The notes: generated by a model not told the origin, from the letters alone. A stretch of DNA of 14,987 nucleotides from Candidatus Thorarchaeota archaeon (GCA_003345595.1 PRDI01000127.1:1-14987); one strand, 5' to 3'. Counted from the first letter of the stretch, positions 1-9,900 are shown. Translations and numbers: made by a program.

Positions 1-474
1 CCCGTGTCCAAAAAGAGGACCTGGGAAGTCTGTGACATAACGGCTGTCACCGTGAAAGAGGATCTGAAACCATTCTCGCACAGTGTTGAGGTGCGTGTCA
101 TTGGCAATACGGTCTGCCCTCATTGCATGGCAAACAACGATGGCATGACGCACATGCAGAGAGCTTTGGGTGTTCTGCGTGTGGTTGGAGCAACTAGCGA
201 CATTCCAAACTACGGCGATATGATTGACGTCATCGAGAGGTCGTTCTCAAGCCGGACGTACTCATTGCTCAAGATCGAGGATGAGGTCTACGTGACGAAG
301 CAGATGCATGAGAATCCCCAGTTTGTGGAAGACGTGTGTAGAAACATACTGCAGAATGCAAAGGAGGCCTTCAAGGACAGGAATCTCGAGATGTATGCAG
401 AGGCAACGTCTCTAGAGAGCATTCACAAGCATGATGTCATTGCCCAAGGCCGTCTAGTGACCAATGGTCAATAG
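1..474 (+). CDS. mptA: GTP cyclohydrolase, FolE2/MptA family (GTP cyclohydrolase IB/IV); 5'-truncated by the window edge
   Basis: Frame 1 is open from base 1 to TAG at 472-474. It carries FolE2/MptA motifs in the expected order: TVCPHC, THMQR, SSRTYSLLKIEDE, HENPQFVED, ESIHKHD. The GTG at 4 is probably internal. Confidence 0.9.
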   Translation, partial: PVSKKRTWEVCDITAVTVKEDLKPFSHSVEVRVIGNTVCPHCMANNDGMTHMQRALGVLRVVGATSDIPNYGDMIDVIERSFSSRTYSLLKIEDEVYVTKQMHENPQFVEDVCRNILQNAKEAFKDRNLEMYAEATSLESIHKHDVIAQGRLVTNGQ

Positions 475-708
475 AGTATCGCATTGTTTATGGAGGTCTT
501 TTCGCAGTATCATGTAGAATTCGGACGGTCTTGTAGGTTCTCCGGAATGGGTTCTGTGCTAAGAGCTGGCGACTACCTCGCATGAAGGTTTTTCTTGGTA
601 AATTCAGCGTATGAGGTCACTTGGACATATCAAGTCCATGTCGAACCGGCAAGGTCTTGGTTATCAAGCGCCTTAGTGCCGAATCAGGTGTCGCCGAGGT
701 CAAAAGCA

Positions 709-3700
709 ATGTCGCGCATCGCCTTTGCAGTGCTAGTCTTAGCTACGATGTGTTTCGCCCAGATGGCAGGGATTGATCTGGTGATCTGGCGCAGCCAGGG
801 AGGGGAATACTGGGGTGGAGATGAGTACTCTGTGAACCAGGACTCACAGAGGCCCAACGAGGGTTCAATCGAAGAGGAGGTCAACTCGGAGGTCCCGATT
901 TCTGCGACCAAGACTCAGTTCGTGCGGGCCGAAGAGCAGATCTCCGGGGTGCTGCAGCCAGTGACCATTGAACAGAGGGGCTATGATTCATCCGGGAATC
1001 TGAGTGCCCGCACTGACACACGAGAAGGAATGAGTACAGATCTGTCAATTGACGCTCTTCATGGCTGGAAAGGGAGCTTGGCGGAGGTGAACGTGTCCGG
1101 TCTCCAGAGGCTCTATGTTGTGAATGGTTCGTTCAACTCTGGCACACCTGGTTCGAACGTGAATCCGAATGGCTCCGTTACATATCACCCTACTAATTGG
1201 GATGCGATCAGTTATTCGGCTGACATTAGCAACCTCGAAGCCCAAGTGGCTACGTACGATTCCAGTGGTTCTCGATTCATTTCCGTTCAAAACCAGGGCA
1301 AATCTCTAGGCTCTACATCCTACAAGCATTTTGCAGGGTCTTACATATTATGGACTCAAACTGTGACTAATGTTCCTAAGACCACTCAGTTCACTCTTAG
1401 GTTCAGTTACCTCTATCTTACAGGACCAATTGGTCTGGGTGTACCCGGTGCATGCCGACTGACTGTTTACCTGAATCAAACCAGAATATGGAATCAGAGC
1501 CTTGCAGCCCTTGGCGAGAGGGGTGTTTGGTACAGCACTGGTTCGGTACTTGTAGACAAGCCAACCATAGGCAACGTGTTTGACTTCAAGGTCGGCATCG
1601 TGATTGACAGCGACATGACGCTCAGTACCACTGCTAACTACACCGGCAGTTACATCAACGCCGCGTACATCACCGTTAACATCGAGGATGTGCTTCTTAT
1701 CAGCGCCGCTCCACCATCCTTCGGTTCGGTGGCACTGCAGTTCAAGGCTGGCAGCACGACCGTTGCTGTAACGGGTTCATCGGGAATCGGCTACGCCCGC
1801 ATTGTGAACTCCAGCTATTGGACATCTAGCTCGCTGACCGTTGGTCTGCAATCAAACATCAGTGTATCCTTCTACTACACAGCTCGTGTTCTTTGTCTTC
1901 ACTTTGGGAACTCGAGTTGGACGAGTGATGTAACCAAGACAGGGGTCGCGTATGATGCCCACCTCTGGTCAAGCTCTGATTTGAGTCTCTTGACATACCT
2001 CGGGTCGCTTGGCAGCTATGAGCAGTTCTCTCTTCGCATCACGACTCCTTGGGATTGGGCAAACGCGACAGTCCTTGATCCATTCTCTGCAGATGTCACC
2101 GCGCAATGCTCGATAGGCCCTGGGCTAGTGACTGTTCCTCAGAGCGTTCTTAGCCTCCTTGGATGGTGGCAGGTGACACTTCAGGCACCAAACTACTTGA
2201 AGGCAGTTGTAACTCAGAAGTACAATTCGCAAAGCAGTTCCTGGTCGAATGAGAGTTCATTCAGGTCGGATAATGTGACAAGGGCGCTTGTCAACATAGG
2301 AACGCAAGAATCAGTTCCAGAGGACCTGTCGAATGTAAATGCCACATGGGTACTTCCTAACGGGAGCGTGTGGGCAGACGAGTCTCTCAGTGGAGGGGCG
2401 TCAGGTTGGATAAGCAGCAGTTCACATGTCATTGACAGTTCGGCGGCGGGCTCGTGGTCGGTGATAGTTTCTTGGAGCAATGGCTCTGAAATCGCGTACG
2501 GTAATGTCCTCCTGGGTGTCTACCACAGAGCAACTCTGTTTGCAGTTTACGACGAGATTGAAACCGATGCTGGTCTTGTGATAACGAGTCTTGTCAGGTT
2601 GACTGACTCCGAAACCGGTCGATACCTGATGGATGACTCGGTTTCAGTCGTTGGCAATTGGTCTGGCGCCGACACTGTTTTCCTGCCCAACGTGGGAAAG
2701 AACTGGTGGGAAGGCAGCTTTGACACATCACTCGTCGAGCCTGGCTTGTATGTAGTTAGAGTCAACGCATCGCGACCATACTATGATGGCTCCTACTGCC
2801 TCTTTGTCATTAGGTCAACAGCTGAAACGCGGTTGGCGTCGCCAAACTCGCCGTGGTCCAGCTGTGCTTGGAACTCGACATTGCAGCTCACGTTCGCATA
2901 CGAAGTGCTTGACTTTGAATCACATGTGTGGATACCCGTGACGAACTCATCAGGTGATGTACACGCTGGTCTCAACTGGACTGCTGGACATTGGTCGGTA
3001 TCACGGAACGAAACCCTTGGAGTCTATGTGTTCATCGTAGACACAGGGAGTCAGCCATCAGGCAACTGGCTATTGAACTTCACATTCACCAAGCCGGCTC
3101 ATCAGCCACAACAGCTGCTCATCATGCTTCTGGTGTCCCCAGTCGTTACAACACTCACGTTCGATTGCCCGACATCCGGGCGAGTCGACATCAATCAGGA
3201 GCACTCAATGAAAATCATGTATGCCGACAGTAACGGGGTTCCAATAGGGTCGGCAAACGTGACTGTTGATGACGTTTCTCCTGCAGAGGGACTTCAGTTC
3301 TCCCCGATTGCGGAAATTCCATCCGAACCTGGAAACTACACCGTGACACTGACACCGAGATCTCCTGGCCTTTATACAGTCAGATTCCTTGCTACTAAGA
3401 GTGAACGGCAATCTGCAACTTCCATCTTCGTGCTACTGGTCAATGACGTTGCCGCCTCTCTCAGCATCATGACTGGCCACAGCGCCGTGATTGATTTCAC
3501 CGATGTCTACACGGCCGCGTTCCGCCACGAGATGCTGAATGGCTCGGGTATTGAAGGTGCCCTGATAGACATTGTCTTCTCAGGTCCTAGTGGGGGCCTC
3601 GAGTGGTCGGCTCCTCTGCAGACTGGTGTTGGCAACTACAGTGTGGAGTTCAGCCCAACCACTCCGGGAACCTATCTGGTGACCATTGCAGCGTCAATGC

Positions 3701-6342
3701 CATACTACCAGAGCAGCTCTGACTCGTTCTTCCTGATCGTGAACGACATTGCCACCTCTCTCGACATCATCACTGGCGGCAGTGCCGTAATTGGTTTCAC
3801 GGACGTCTACACGGCCGTGTTCCACTACGAGATGCTGAATGGCTCAGGTATTGAAGACGCTCTGATAGACATCGTCTTTTCGGGCCCTACTGGAGGTCTC
3901 GAGTGGTCTGCTCCTCTGCAGACCGGCGTGGGCAACTACAGTGTGGAGTTCAGCCCATCCACTTCGGGAACCTATCTCGTGACCATTGCGGCGTCGATGC
4001 CATACTACCAGAGCAGCTCTGATTCATTCTTTCTGTTTGTCGGTGAAATATCTTCTGGGCTGGCGTCTGTCAACGGCACGGCGGCCTCTATTCTGTACGG
4101 TCAGAGCTACAGGCTTGTTGTCCGCTATACCAACTCTTCGGGCTCTGGCCTGGATGGTGCAGATGTGGGGGTGGAGTCAATCAGTCCTGTTGGTGCTCTG
4201 GAAGTTTCTGCAGTTGAGCCTCTGGGGCAGGGCAACTATTCTATTGTTCTCAGCCCCACACAGACAAAGACCGTTTCCGTTCTGATTAGTGCCAGTTTCC
4301 TGAACCATCAGACAGGATTTGCCACCTTCACTCTCACGACCTTGCCGATACCTGCCTTCCTCTCAGTAGCAGACTCCACGGCTGTGACCTCAATCGACTG
4401 CAACTTTACTCTGTATATGGGTTTGAGGACCGACAACTTGGTGCCGCTGGCTGGAGCTGCCATCACTGTCCAAAACCCCCCAGTTGGAGTCGCTTTCGTG
4501 GCCCCAGTTGATTTGGGCAATGGCCTTTATGCACTAACGATGGTCCCCGTCAGTATTGGAGCATATGACATGCTCTTCAGAGCCACCCTTCCTAACTATC
4601 AGAATGCAACTGCTGCATTCACTCTGAACATCGTCAAGGTTCCCACAACTCTTCGCATTGCAGGTGGTCTTTCATATGCGGCAGTGCGGTTCGGAAACGC
4701 CTATGCACTCCGTGTGATGTATGAGCGGGCAGACATGATGCAAAACATCACCGATGCAACAATCGGTGTGTATCTATCCCCGGAGGAGGGTCTCACATGG
4801 ACCGTTCAACATCTCGATGGCTACTATAGCGTCGGGCTTCTGGCCGAATCCTTGGGCAGATGGACAATCACGGTTTCTGCTGAGAGAGAGAACCACACCC
4901 CAGCATCAGTTCAGTTCGTACTTGATATCATCACCATCAGTACGACACTGGATGCTGCGGCACATCCAGGAACTGTAAACTACAGCAGGCCATTCCTATT
5001 CACACTCACATACCGCATCCTAGACAATCAAAGCGGTGTTTCTGGAGCGAGCCCCCTTGCTTCAGGTGATGGCTCCGACTGGATTTCGATTCATGATTTG
5101 GGAAACGGCATCTACAGTGTGAACGTGACACCCTTCGGCCTTGGGGATTTCTCTCCTCTGCTGACTTTCGACAAACCTGGTTACGAATCAAAGCAATACA
5201 GGCTTTCATTCACGGTCGTGAAGATACCTCTGAAGGTTCAGCTCATGAGCAGCTCCTTTGCCACTGAGGGTGTGCCCTTTGACGTCATAGTCAAAGTCAC
5301 AGAAGAAGACACTGGCAGACCTGTTAGTAACGCGTCGGTTTCATTCAGGATCTCTTCAGACCTTACAGGTGATTACCTTTCCATGGCCGAAACCGATCTA
5401 CCCGGTACATACAGCCGCCAATATGTCATGCCTACGTGGGTGGCCCAGACCGGCTATACGCTGGAGATCGCTGTTTCCAAGGACAACTACCAGCTCCGAA
5501 GCGGATTCTCTGCCGCCTTCTTCAAGGATCAGGATTTAGCGGTAAGGATGGCGCCTGTCGTTACCTATACAGGATTCTTAGCTATGGCTGGGCTCGTAAC
5601 GGCTGTTGGCGTCAGAATCTCTAAGAAGCGACAGAGGCGGCGAAATCTCGATGCCTTGAGTGTCAAGAAACGTTTCGATGACGCCGCCAATATCATTGGT
5701 CTGATTGTGTTGCACAAGGTCAGCGGAGTCCCTCTGTATTCCAAGATTCTGAGAGGTGGTTTCGAGGAAGGCATGATCTCAGCTTTCGTTTCAGCAATTA
5801 CCTCCTTCAGGTCTGAATTTGGAATGGATGAAAGTCATATGGAATATCAGGTGATCCCGATCTCAGACATTATCACTGCGGTGGCGACCAGAAACCTGAT
5901 TTGTGCCTTCATGACCGTGTCGGCGCCTTCGGCGTATCAGCAAGTGAAGATGGAGGCATATGCGAGATCCTGTGGTGCCATGTTTGATGACACACTCGGT
6001 GATGTTCGGGCACACGTCGTCGATCAGGAAACTGTGAAGGCGCTCGACTCCCTGTTCTATGAAGTCATGGATGGCAGCCTCTTGGTGCTATACAGGCGGA
6101 GAATGGAAACTGAGTTACCACGACGGCTTAAGAGTCTCCTATTAGCTGTATCATTCATTGAACGGCCAGATGGTTTCTTGCTTAGCGAGCTCGCAAAAGA
6201 GATGACCTCCAGTGGCGTCGAGGAGAGTCAAGCATACAAGCTCATCATGGACGCCATGGACGGCAAAGTGATTGTTAGGGCAGATAACGCTAGTATAGAG
6301 GCTCCGCCGCTTACTGTGGACAAGAGTAAAAGAACATCCTGA
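709..6342 (+). CDS. Giant single-pass membrane glycoprotein A (~1877 aa): signal peptide, CBM-like beta-sandwich, ~10 Ig-like repeats, TM helix, cytoplasmic longin/roadblock-like domain, wHTH-like tail
   Basis: 5.6-kb ORF. ATG at 709 has GAGGT 8 nt upstream and is followed by a signal-like segment (MSRIAFAVLVLATMCFAQ); GTG 688 is an alternative start and TTG 595 is unlikely. Dense N-x-S/T sequons. ~100-aa repeats with G-x-Y-x-V-x-F-x-P-x-x-x-G-x-Y. TM at ~5548-5613 followed by RISKKRQRRR. C-terminal domain begins IIGLIVLHKVSGVPLYS...MISAFVSAITSF. Confidence 0.9.
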   Translation: MSRIAFAVLVLATMCFAQMAGIDLVIWRSQGGEYWGGDEYSVNQDSQRPNEGSIEEEVNSEVPISATKTQFVRAEEQISGVLQPVTIEQRGYDSSGNLSARTDTREGMSTDLSIDALHGWKGSLAEVNVSGLQRLYVVNGSFNSGTPGSNVNPNGSVTYHPTNWDAISYSADISNLEAQVATYDSSGSRFISVQNQGKSLGSTSYKHFAGSYILWTQTVTNVPKTTQFTLRFSYLYLTGPIGLGVPGACRLTVYLNQTRIWNQSLAALGERGVWYSTGSVLVDKPTIGNVFDFKVGIVIDSDMTLSTTANYTGSYINAAYITVNIEDVLLISAAPPSFGSVALQFKAGSTTVAVTGSSGIGYARIVNSSYWTSSSLTVGLQSNISVSFYYTARVLCLHFGNSSWTSDVTKTGVAYDAHLWSSSDLSLLTYLGSLGSYEQFSLRITTPWDWANATVLDPFSADVTAQCSIGPGLVTVPQSVLSLLGWWQVTLQAPNYLKAVVTQKYNSQSSSWSNESSFRSDNVTRALVNIGTQESVPEDLSNVNATWVLPNGSVWADESLSGGASGWISSSSHVIDSSAAGSWSVIVSWSNGSEIAYGNVLLGVYHRATLFAVYDEIETDAGLVITSLVRLTDSETGRYLMDDSVSVVGNWSGADTVFLPNVGKNWWEGSFDTSLVEPGLYVVRVNASRPYYDGSYCLFVIRSTAETRLASPNSPWSSCAWNSTLQLTFAYEVLDFESHVWIPVTNSSGDVHAGLNWTAGHWSVSRNETLGVYVFIVDTGSQPSGNWLLNFTFTKPAHQPQQLLIMLLVSPVVTTLTFDCPTSGRVDINQEHSMKIMYADSNGVPIGSANVTVDDVSPAEGLQFSPIAEIPSEPGNYTVTLTPRSPGLYTVRFLATKSERQSATSIFVLLVNDVAASLSIMTGHSAVIDFTDVYTAAFRHEMLNGSGIEGALIDIVFSGPSGGLEWSAPLQTGVGNYSVEFSPTTPGTYLVTIAASMPYYQSSSDSFFLIVNDIATSLDIITGGSAVIGFTDVYTAVFHYEMLNGSGIEDALIDIVFSGPTGGLEWSAPLQTGVGNYSVEFSPSTSGTYLVTIAASMPYYQSSSDSFFLFVGEISSGLASVNGTAASILYGQSYRLVVRYTNSSGSGLDGADVGVESISPVGALEVSAVEPLGQGNYSIVLSPTQTKTVSVLISASFLNHQTGFATFTLTTLPIPAFLSVADSTAVTSIDCNFTLYMGLRTDNLVPLAGAAITVQNPPVGVAFVAPVDLGNGLYALTMVPVSIGAYDMLFRATLPNYQNATAAFTLNIVKVPTTLRIAGGLSYAAVRFGNAYALRVMYERADMMQNITDATIGVYLSPEEGLTWTVQHLDGYYSVGLLAESLGRWTITVSAERENHTPASVQFVLDIITISTTLDAAAHPGTVNYSRPFLFTLTYRILDNQSGVSGASPLASGDGSDWISIHDLGNGIYSVNVTPFGLGDFSPLLTFDKPGYESKQYRLSFTVVKIPLKVQLMSSSFATEGVPFDVIVKVTEEDTGRPVSNASVSFRISSDLTGDYLSMAETDLPGTYSRQYVMPTWVAQTGYTLEIAVSKDNYQLRSGFSAAFFKDQDLAVRMAPVVTYTGFLAMAGLVTAVGVRISKKRQRRRNLDALSVKKRFDDAANIIGLIVLHKVSGVPLYSKILRGGFEEGMISAFVSAITSFRSEFGMDESHMEYQVIPISDIITAVATRNLICAFMTVSAPSAYQQVKMEAYARSCGAMFDDTLGDVRAHVVDQETVKALDSLFYEVMDGSLLVLYRRRMETELPRRLKSLLLAVSFIERPDGFLLSELAKEMTSSGVEESQAYKLIMDAMDGKVIVRADNASIEAPPLTVDKSKRTS
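3439..4038 (+). repeat. In-frame 300-bp tandem duplication (3439-3738 and 3739-4038) encoding two copies of one 100-aa Ig-like module
   Basis: VNDVAASLSI...SSSDSFFLI versus VNDIATSLDI...SSSDSFFLF, 14 differences in 100 aa by manual alignment. Paralog B has a single copy at 9692-9991. Confidence 0.95.
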
Positions 6343-6461
6343 GGTAGACCACACAAGTCAGATTGGACATGATGTGTTTCCGTGGCCAATCTACCCTTGT
6401 GAAGGTTTTGAGTCCAAGCTATTTGGTGTGAGATACACTTCCTGTGAGCCTCTTTCACAGA

Positions 6462-6715
6462 ATGCCCGAAATCATCGAGAAGTCGTTAGCGAGCAAGGAA
6501 TACTCGTTGCTCAAGGCAGAGGACGAGGCCTATATGACCAGAAACTGCATGAGGCTCCCGATTTCGTGCAAGATGTGTGGAGGAACATACTGCAGAACGC
6601 CAAAGTAGCTACAAAGGACAGGAATCTCGGGATGCACGGGGCGACGGCCACCTTGGAGAGCATTCACAAGCATGATTTCTACGCCCAAGGCTCAGTTGTC
6701 CCCAATCGCAATTGA
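6462..6715 (+). pseudogene. mptA: Frameshifted relic of the 3' end of mptA/folE2 (homologous to 220-474)
   Basis: MPEIIEKSLASKEYSLLKAEDEAYMT / 1-nt deletion near 6537-6541 / KLHEAPDFVQDVWRNILQNAK...LESIHKHDFYAQG aligns with MIDVIERSFSSRTYSLLKIEDEVYVTKQMHENPQFVEDVCRNILQNAK...LESIHKHDVIAQG. Lengths are 254 versus 255 nt and the stop is at the same position. The upstream catalytic region (CPHC, HMQR) is missing. Confidence 0.9.
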
Positions 6716-6958
6716 CCGACCGTCAATTGAGCGAGGCAGTAGACCTGAAGGACGCCTTCCTTTGGTCATGTGTGCGTGTGGAATCCCGCTGTGTGTCTAT
6801 GCTGCTGAATCTGAATCACGGCATGAATGTTCGAATATGACGTTGCATGCTTGGTTCGCCATAGAAACCCTTTTTCTCGTTCGTGTGTCCTCCTGTGGCA
6901 CATTAGAACGGGCTCTACAAGAGTACAGGTTCGCCCGTCTGAGGAAGGTTCACGCCGG

Positions 6959-9900
6959 ATGCAGTGTCGCAGATGTGCCGCGGTTATACTGCTTTTCACA
7001 TGCCTTACACAGCTGGCCGTCGTCGTCGGTGTCCCTACGTGGAACCTGCCTTTGATTTCTTCTGATCCCTTTGGATCAAATCCGGAGAAGGACACAGAAT
7101 ACGATCAGGATGGGGCAACGCCGTCAGAGCCAATCGCCTCTGCTGCTCAGCGTACTTCCCTCGTTCGGAGCTTTTTAGCTGCTGGGGAAGAAACAAGCGG
7201 TACATTGAATCCGGTTCCCGTGGAACAGAGAGGGTACGCTGCGTCTGGAAACCTCTCCGCACGAACGGACACTCGTACGAACATCAATACCAGTCTGGCG
7301 ATTGACCAGGAACACGGATGGGAAGGCAGCCTTGCCGAGGTGCAAGTTTGGAATCTCACAAGGCTCTACGCTGTAAACGGGTCCTTTGACACAGGATCTC
7401 CCGGCTCGAACACGAATCCGAATGGCTCTGTTGCTTACCATCCAAGTAGCTGGGATTCAATCAGTAACAGTACAAACACTGGGCAGACACAAGTATCCTC
7501 GTATGACTCTGGAGCAAACAGTTACACTTCGGTCGAGAATCAGGGGGTAAAGACAGGTTCCAGCGGCAAGCGTTACATCCACTATGCGGGTACTCGTGTA
7601 CTGTGGACCCAGAATGCAGTCAACTTGCCCATGATAACGCAGTTCTATCTTAGCTTCAGATACCTGTATCTCAGAGGCCCCCTTGGTTCTACCACCCCCG
7701 GCGATTGCTCGATTGCCGCGTTTGTGAACAATGCGTCAGTCTGGAGTCTGAAGCTGCCGGATGTCGGCCAGAGGGGTGTTTGGTACAGTACTGGTAGAGT
7801 CCTGCTGAATCTTTCCGCTGTCGGCGCCACATTTACTCTTATGATTGGACTTGTGATAGACGAGGATATGGATTTGAACGCAGACCAGGGCTATGCTGGA
7901 GGTATTGTGAATACCGTCTATATCACTGCATACCTAGACGACATCTTGTTGGCAGGCGCAAATCCTCCTGGTTTCTCGGCAGTATCACTCACCTTCAGTG
8001 CAGGCGCCATGACCGCCTCCATATCCGGGAGTTCTGGCTCGGGAAGTGCAAGCATCTCAAACCCAGCGTACTGGACCGCAGACCCTCTGACGGTCGGAAT
8101 AACGTCGAACACGAGCGTTTCATTTGACTATGAAGCGCGGCTTTTGTCACACTATGTCAGCAACTCAACTTGGAGCACAGACATTGGCAAAGTAGGTGTG
8201 TCCTATGAAACGAACCTGTGGTCAAGTGTAGACGTTTCTCTGTTCACCTATCTTGGGTCACTCGGCAACTACGAGGACTTCCTCATCTCATTGACTGTGC
8301 CCTTAGACTGGGACAACGTGACTGTATACGATCCGTTCCTGGTCAACGTGACAGGGCAGTGTTTGGTGACATCGGGCCAAGTGGTCGTGCCGCAGGGTGT
8401 TCTTTCTCGCCTTGGATGGTGGCAATTGAGATTCCAAGCACCCAACTACTTGAACGCCGTCGTGACTCAGAAGTACGATTCACAGAGCGGTTCTTGGTCG
8501 AATGAGAGTGTATTCAGGCCGGCGAATGAAACAAGGGCGCTTCTCCACATAGGAACGCAAGAATCAGTCCCAGAGGACCTGTCGAATGGAAGTGTCACAT
8601 GGATACTTCCTAACGGGAGCGTGTGGGCAGACTGGCCATTCAGTGGAGGGGCGTCAGGTTGGATAAACACCAGTTCATATGTCATTGACAGCTCGGCGGC
8701 GGGCTCGTGGTCGGTAGTGGTTTTTTGGATCAACGGCTCTGAAGTCGCATATGGTGATGCTCCTCTCGATGTCTACCACGGAGCGACGCTGTCGGCTGTG
8801 TATCAGGAGATTGAAACCGATGCGGGTTTCGCTGTTACGAATCTCGTCAGGTTCGTTGACTCCGAGAATGGGCGGTACCTGATGGATGACTTTGTGACAA
8901 TCGTTGGCAATTGGTCCGGTGCCGACACGGCATTCTCTCCCAACTTGGTGAAGAACTGGTGGGAGGGGATCTTTGATACCTCTCTCGTTGAGCCCGGCAC
9001 GTATGTTGTCAGGGTCAACGCATCACGACCGTTCTATGACGAATCGTATTGCCTGTTTGTCATCAGATCGACAGCTGCAACACGGCTGGCTTCGCCGAAC
9101 TCACCATGGACGAGCTGTGCTTGGTACTCGACAATACAGCTGATCTTTAGTTATGAGGTGCTTGATGCTGAAACGCACGTGTGGTCGCCTGTGATGAATT
9201 CAACGGGCGAAGTGCGTGTTGATCTCAACTGGACTCTCGGACGTTGGTCAGTATCTCAGAATGCGACCTCTGGTATCTATGAGTTCATGCTAGACACCGC
9301 AGCCCGGCCCTCTGGCAATTGGCTTCTGAACGTTTCATTCACTAAGCTGAGTCACCAGCCACAGCAGATGTTCCTCATGCTACTTGTGTCTCCAGTAGTC
9401 ACAACACTCACTGTGTATGGGCCAACGTCCGCGCAAGTTGATATCAATCAGGAGCATTCGCTTAAGGTCATATATGCTGACAGCGGCGGGGTTCCGATAG
9501 GCGCGGCAAACGTTACTGTTGATGATGTTTCGCCTCCGGAAGGACTCCAGTTCTCTCCGACTACAGAGGTGCCATCGGAATCTGGAAACTACACGCTATC
9601 GCTAACACCGAAACACCCCGGTGTGTTTACGGTCAGACTTGTCGCCGCCAAAAATGGGTCTCAAACTGCGACTGCCGTCTTCGTACTGGTGGTAAATGAT
9701 ATTGCGAGTACTCTCAGCATTACGACTGGTGATAGTGCCGTGATTGGTTTCACGGACGTTTACACAGCCATGTTCCGCTACGAGATGGTGAATGGTTCGG
9801 GTGTCGAAGACGCCGTGATCGCCATTGTCTTCTCTGGTCCTACTGGAGGTCTCGAATGGTCCGTTCCTGTGCAGACAGGCGCGGGCAACTACAGTGTGGA

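Noticed and set aside
589-596. T-tracts (TTTTTCT at 589 and 6871) as terminators or shared regulatory motifs
   Set aside because: They are short, and their spacing to the flanking genes differs between the two units, so they cannot be distinguished from chance.
595-708. ORF-track starts at 595 (protein A) and 6827 (protein B)
   Set aside because: The extensions are not similar between the paralogs and would bury the signal peptides. ATG 709 and ATG 6959 have SD-like motifs.
6374-6715. 113-aa ORF as a functional gene
   Set aside because: Only its 3' half matches MptA. The preceding homology is in another frame, and the catalytic N-terminal motifs are absent.
2278-8716. Diversity-generating retroelement (TR/VR pair) as an explanation for the near-identical patches
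   Set aside because: Differences are not confined to adenines in either copy, both copies lie inside long ORFs, and no reverse transcriptase is present in the window.
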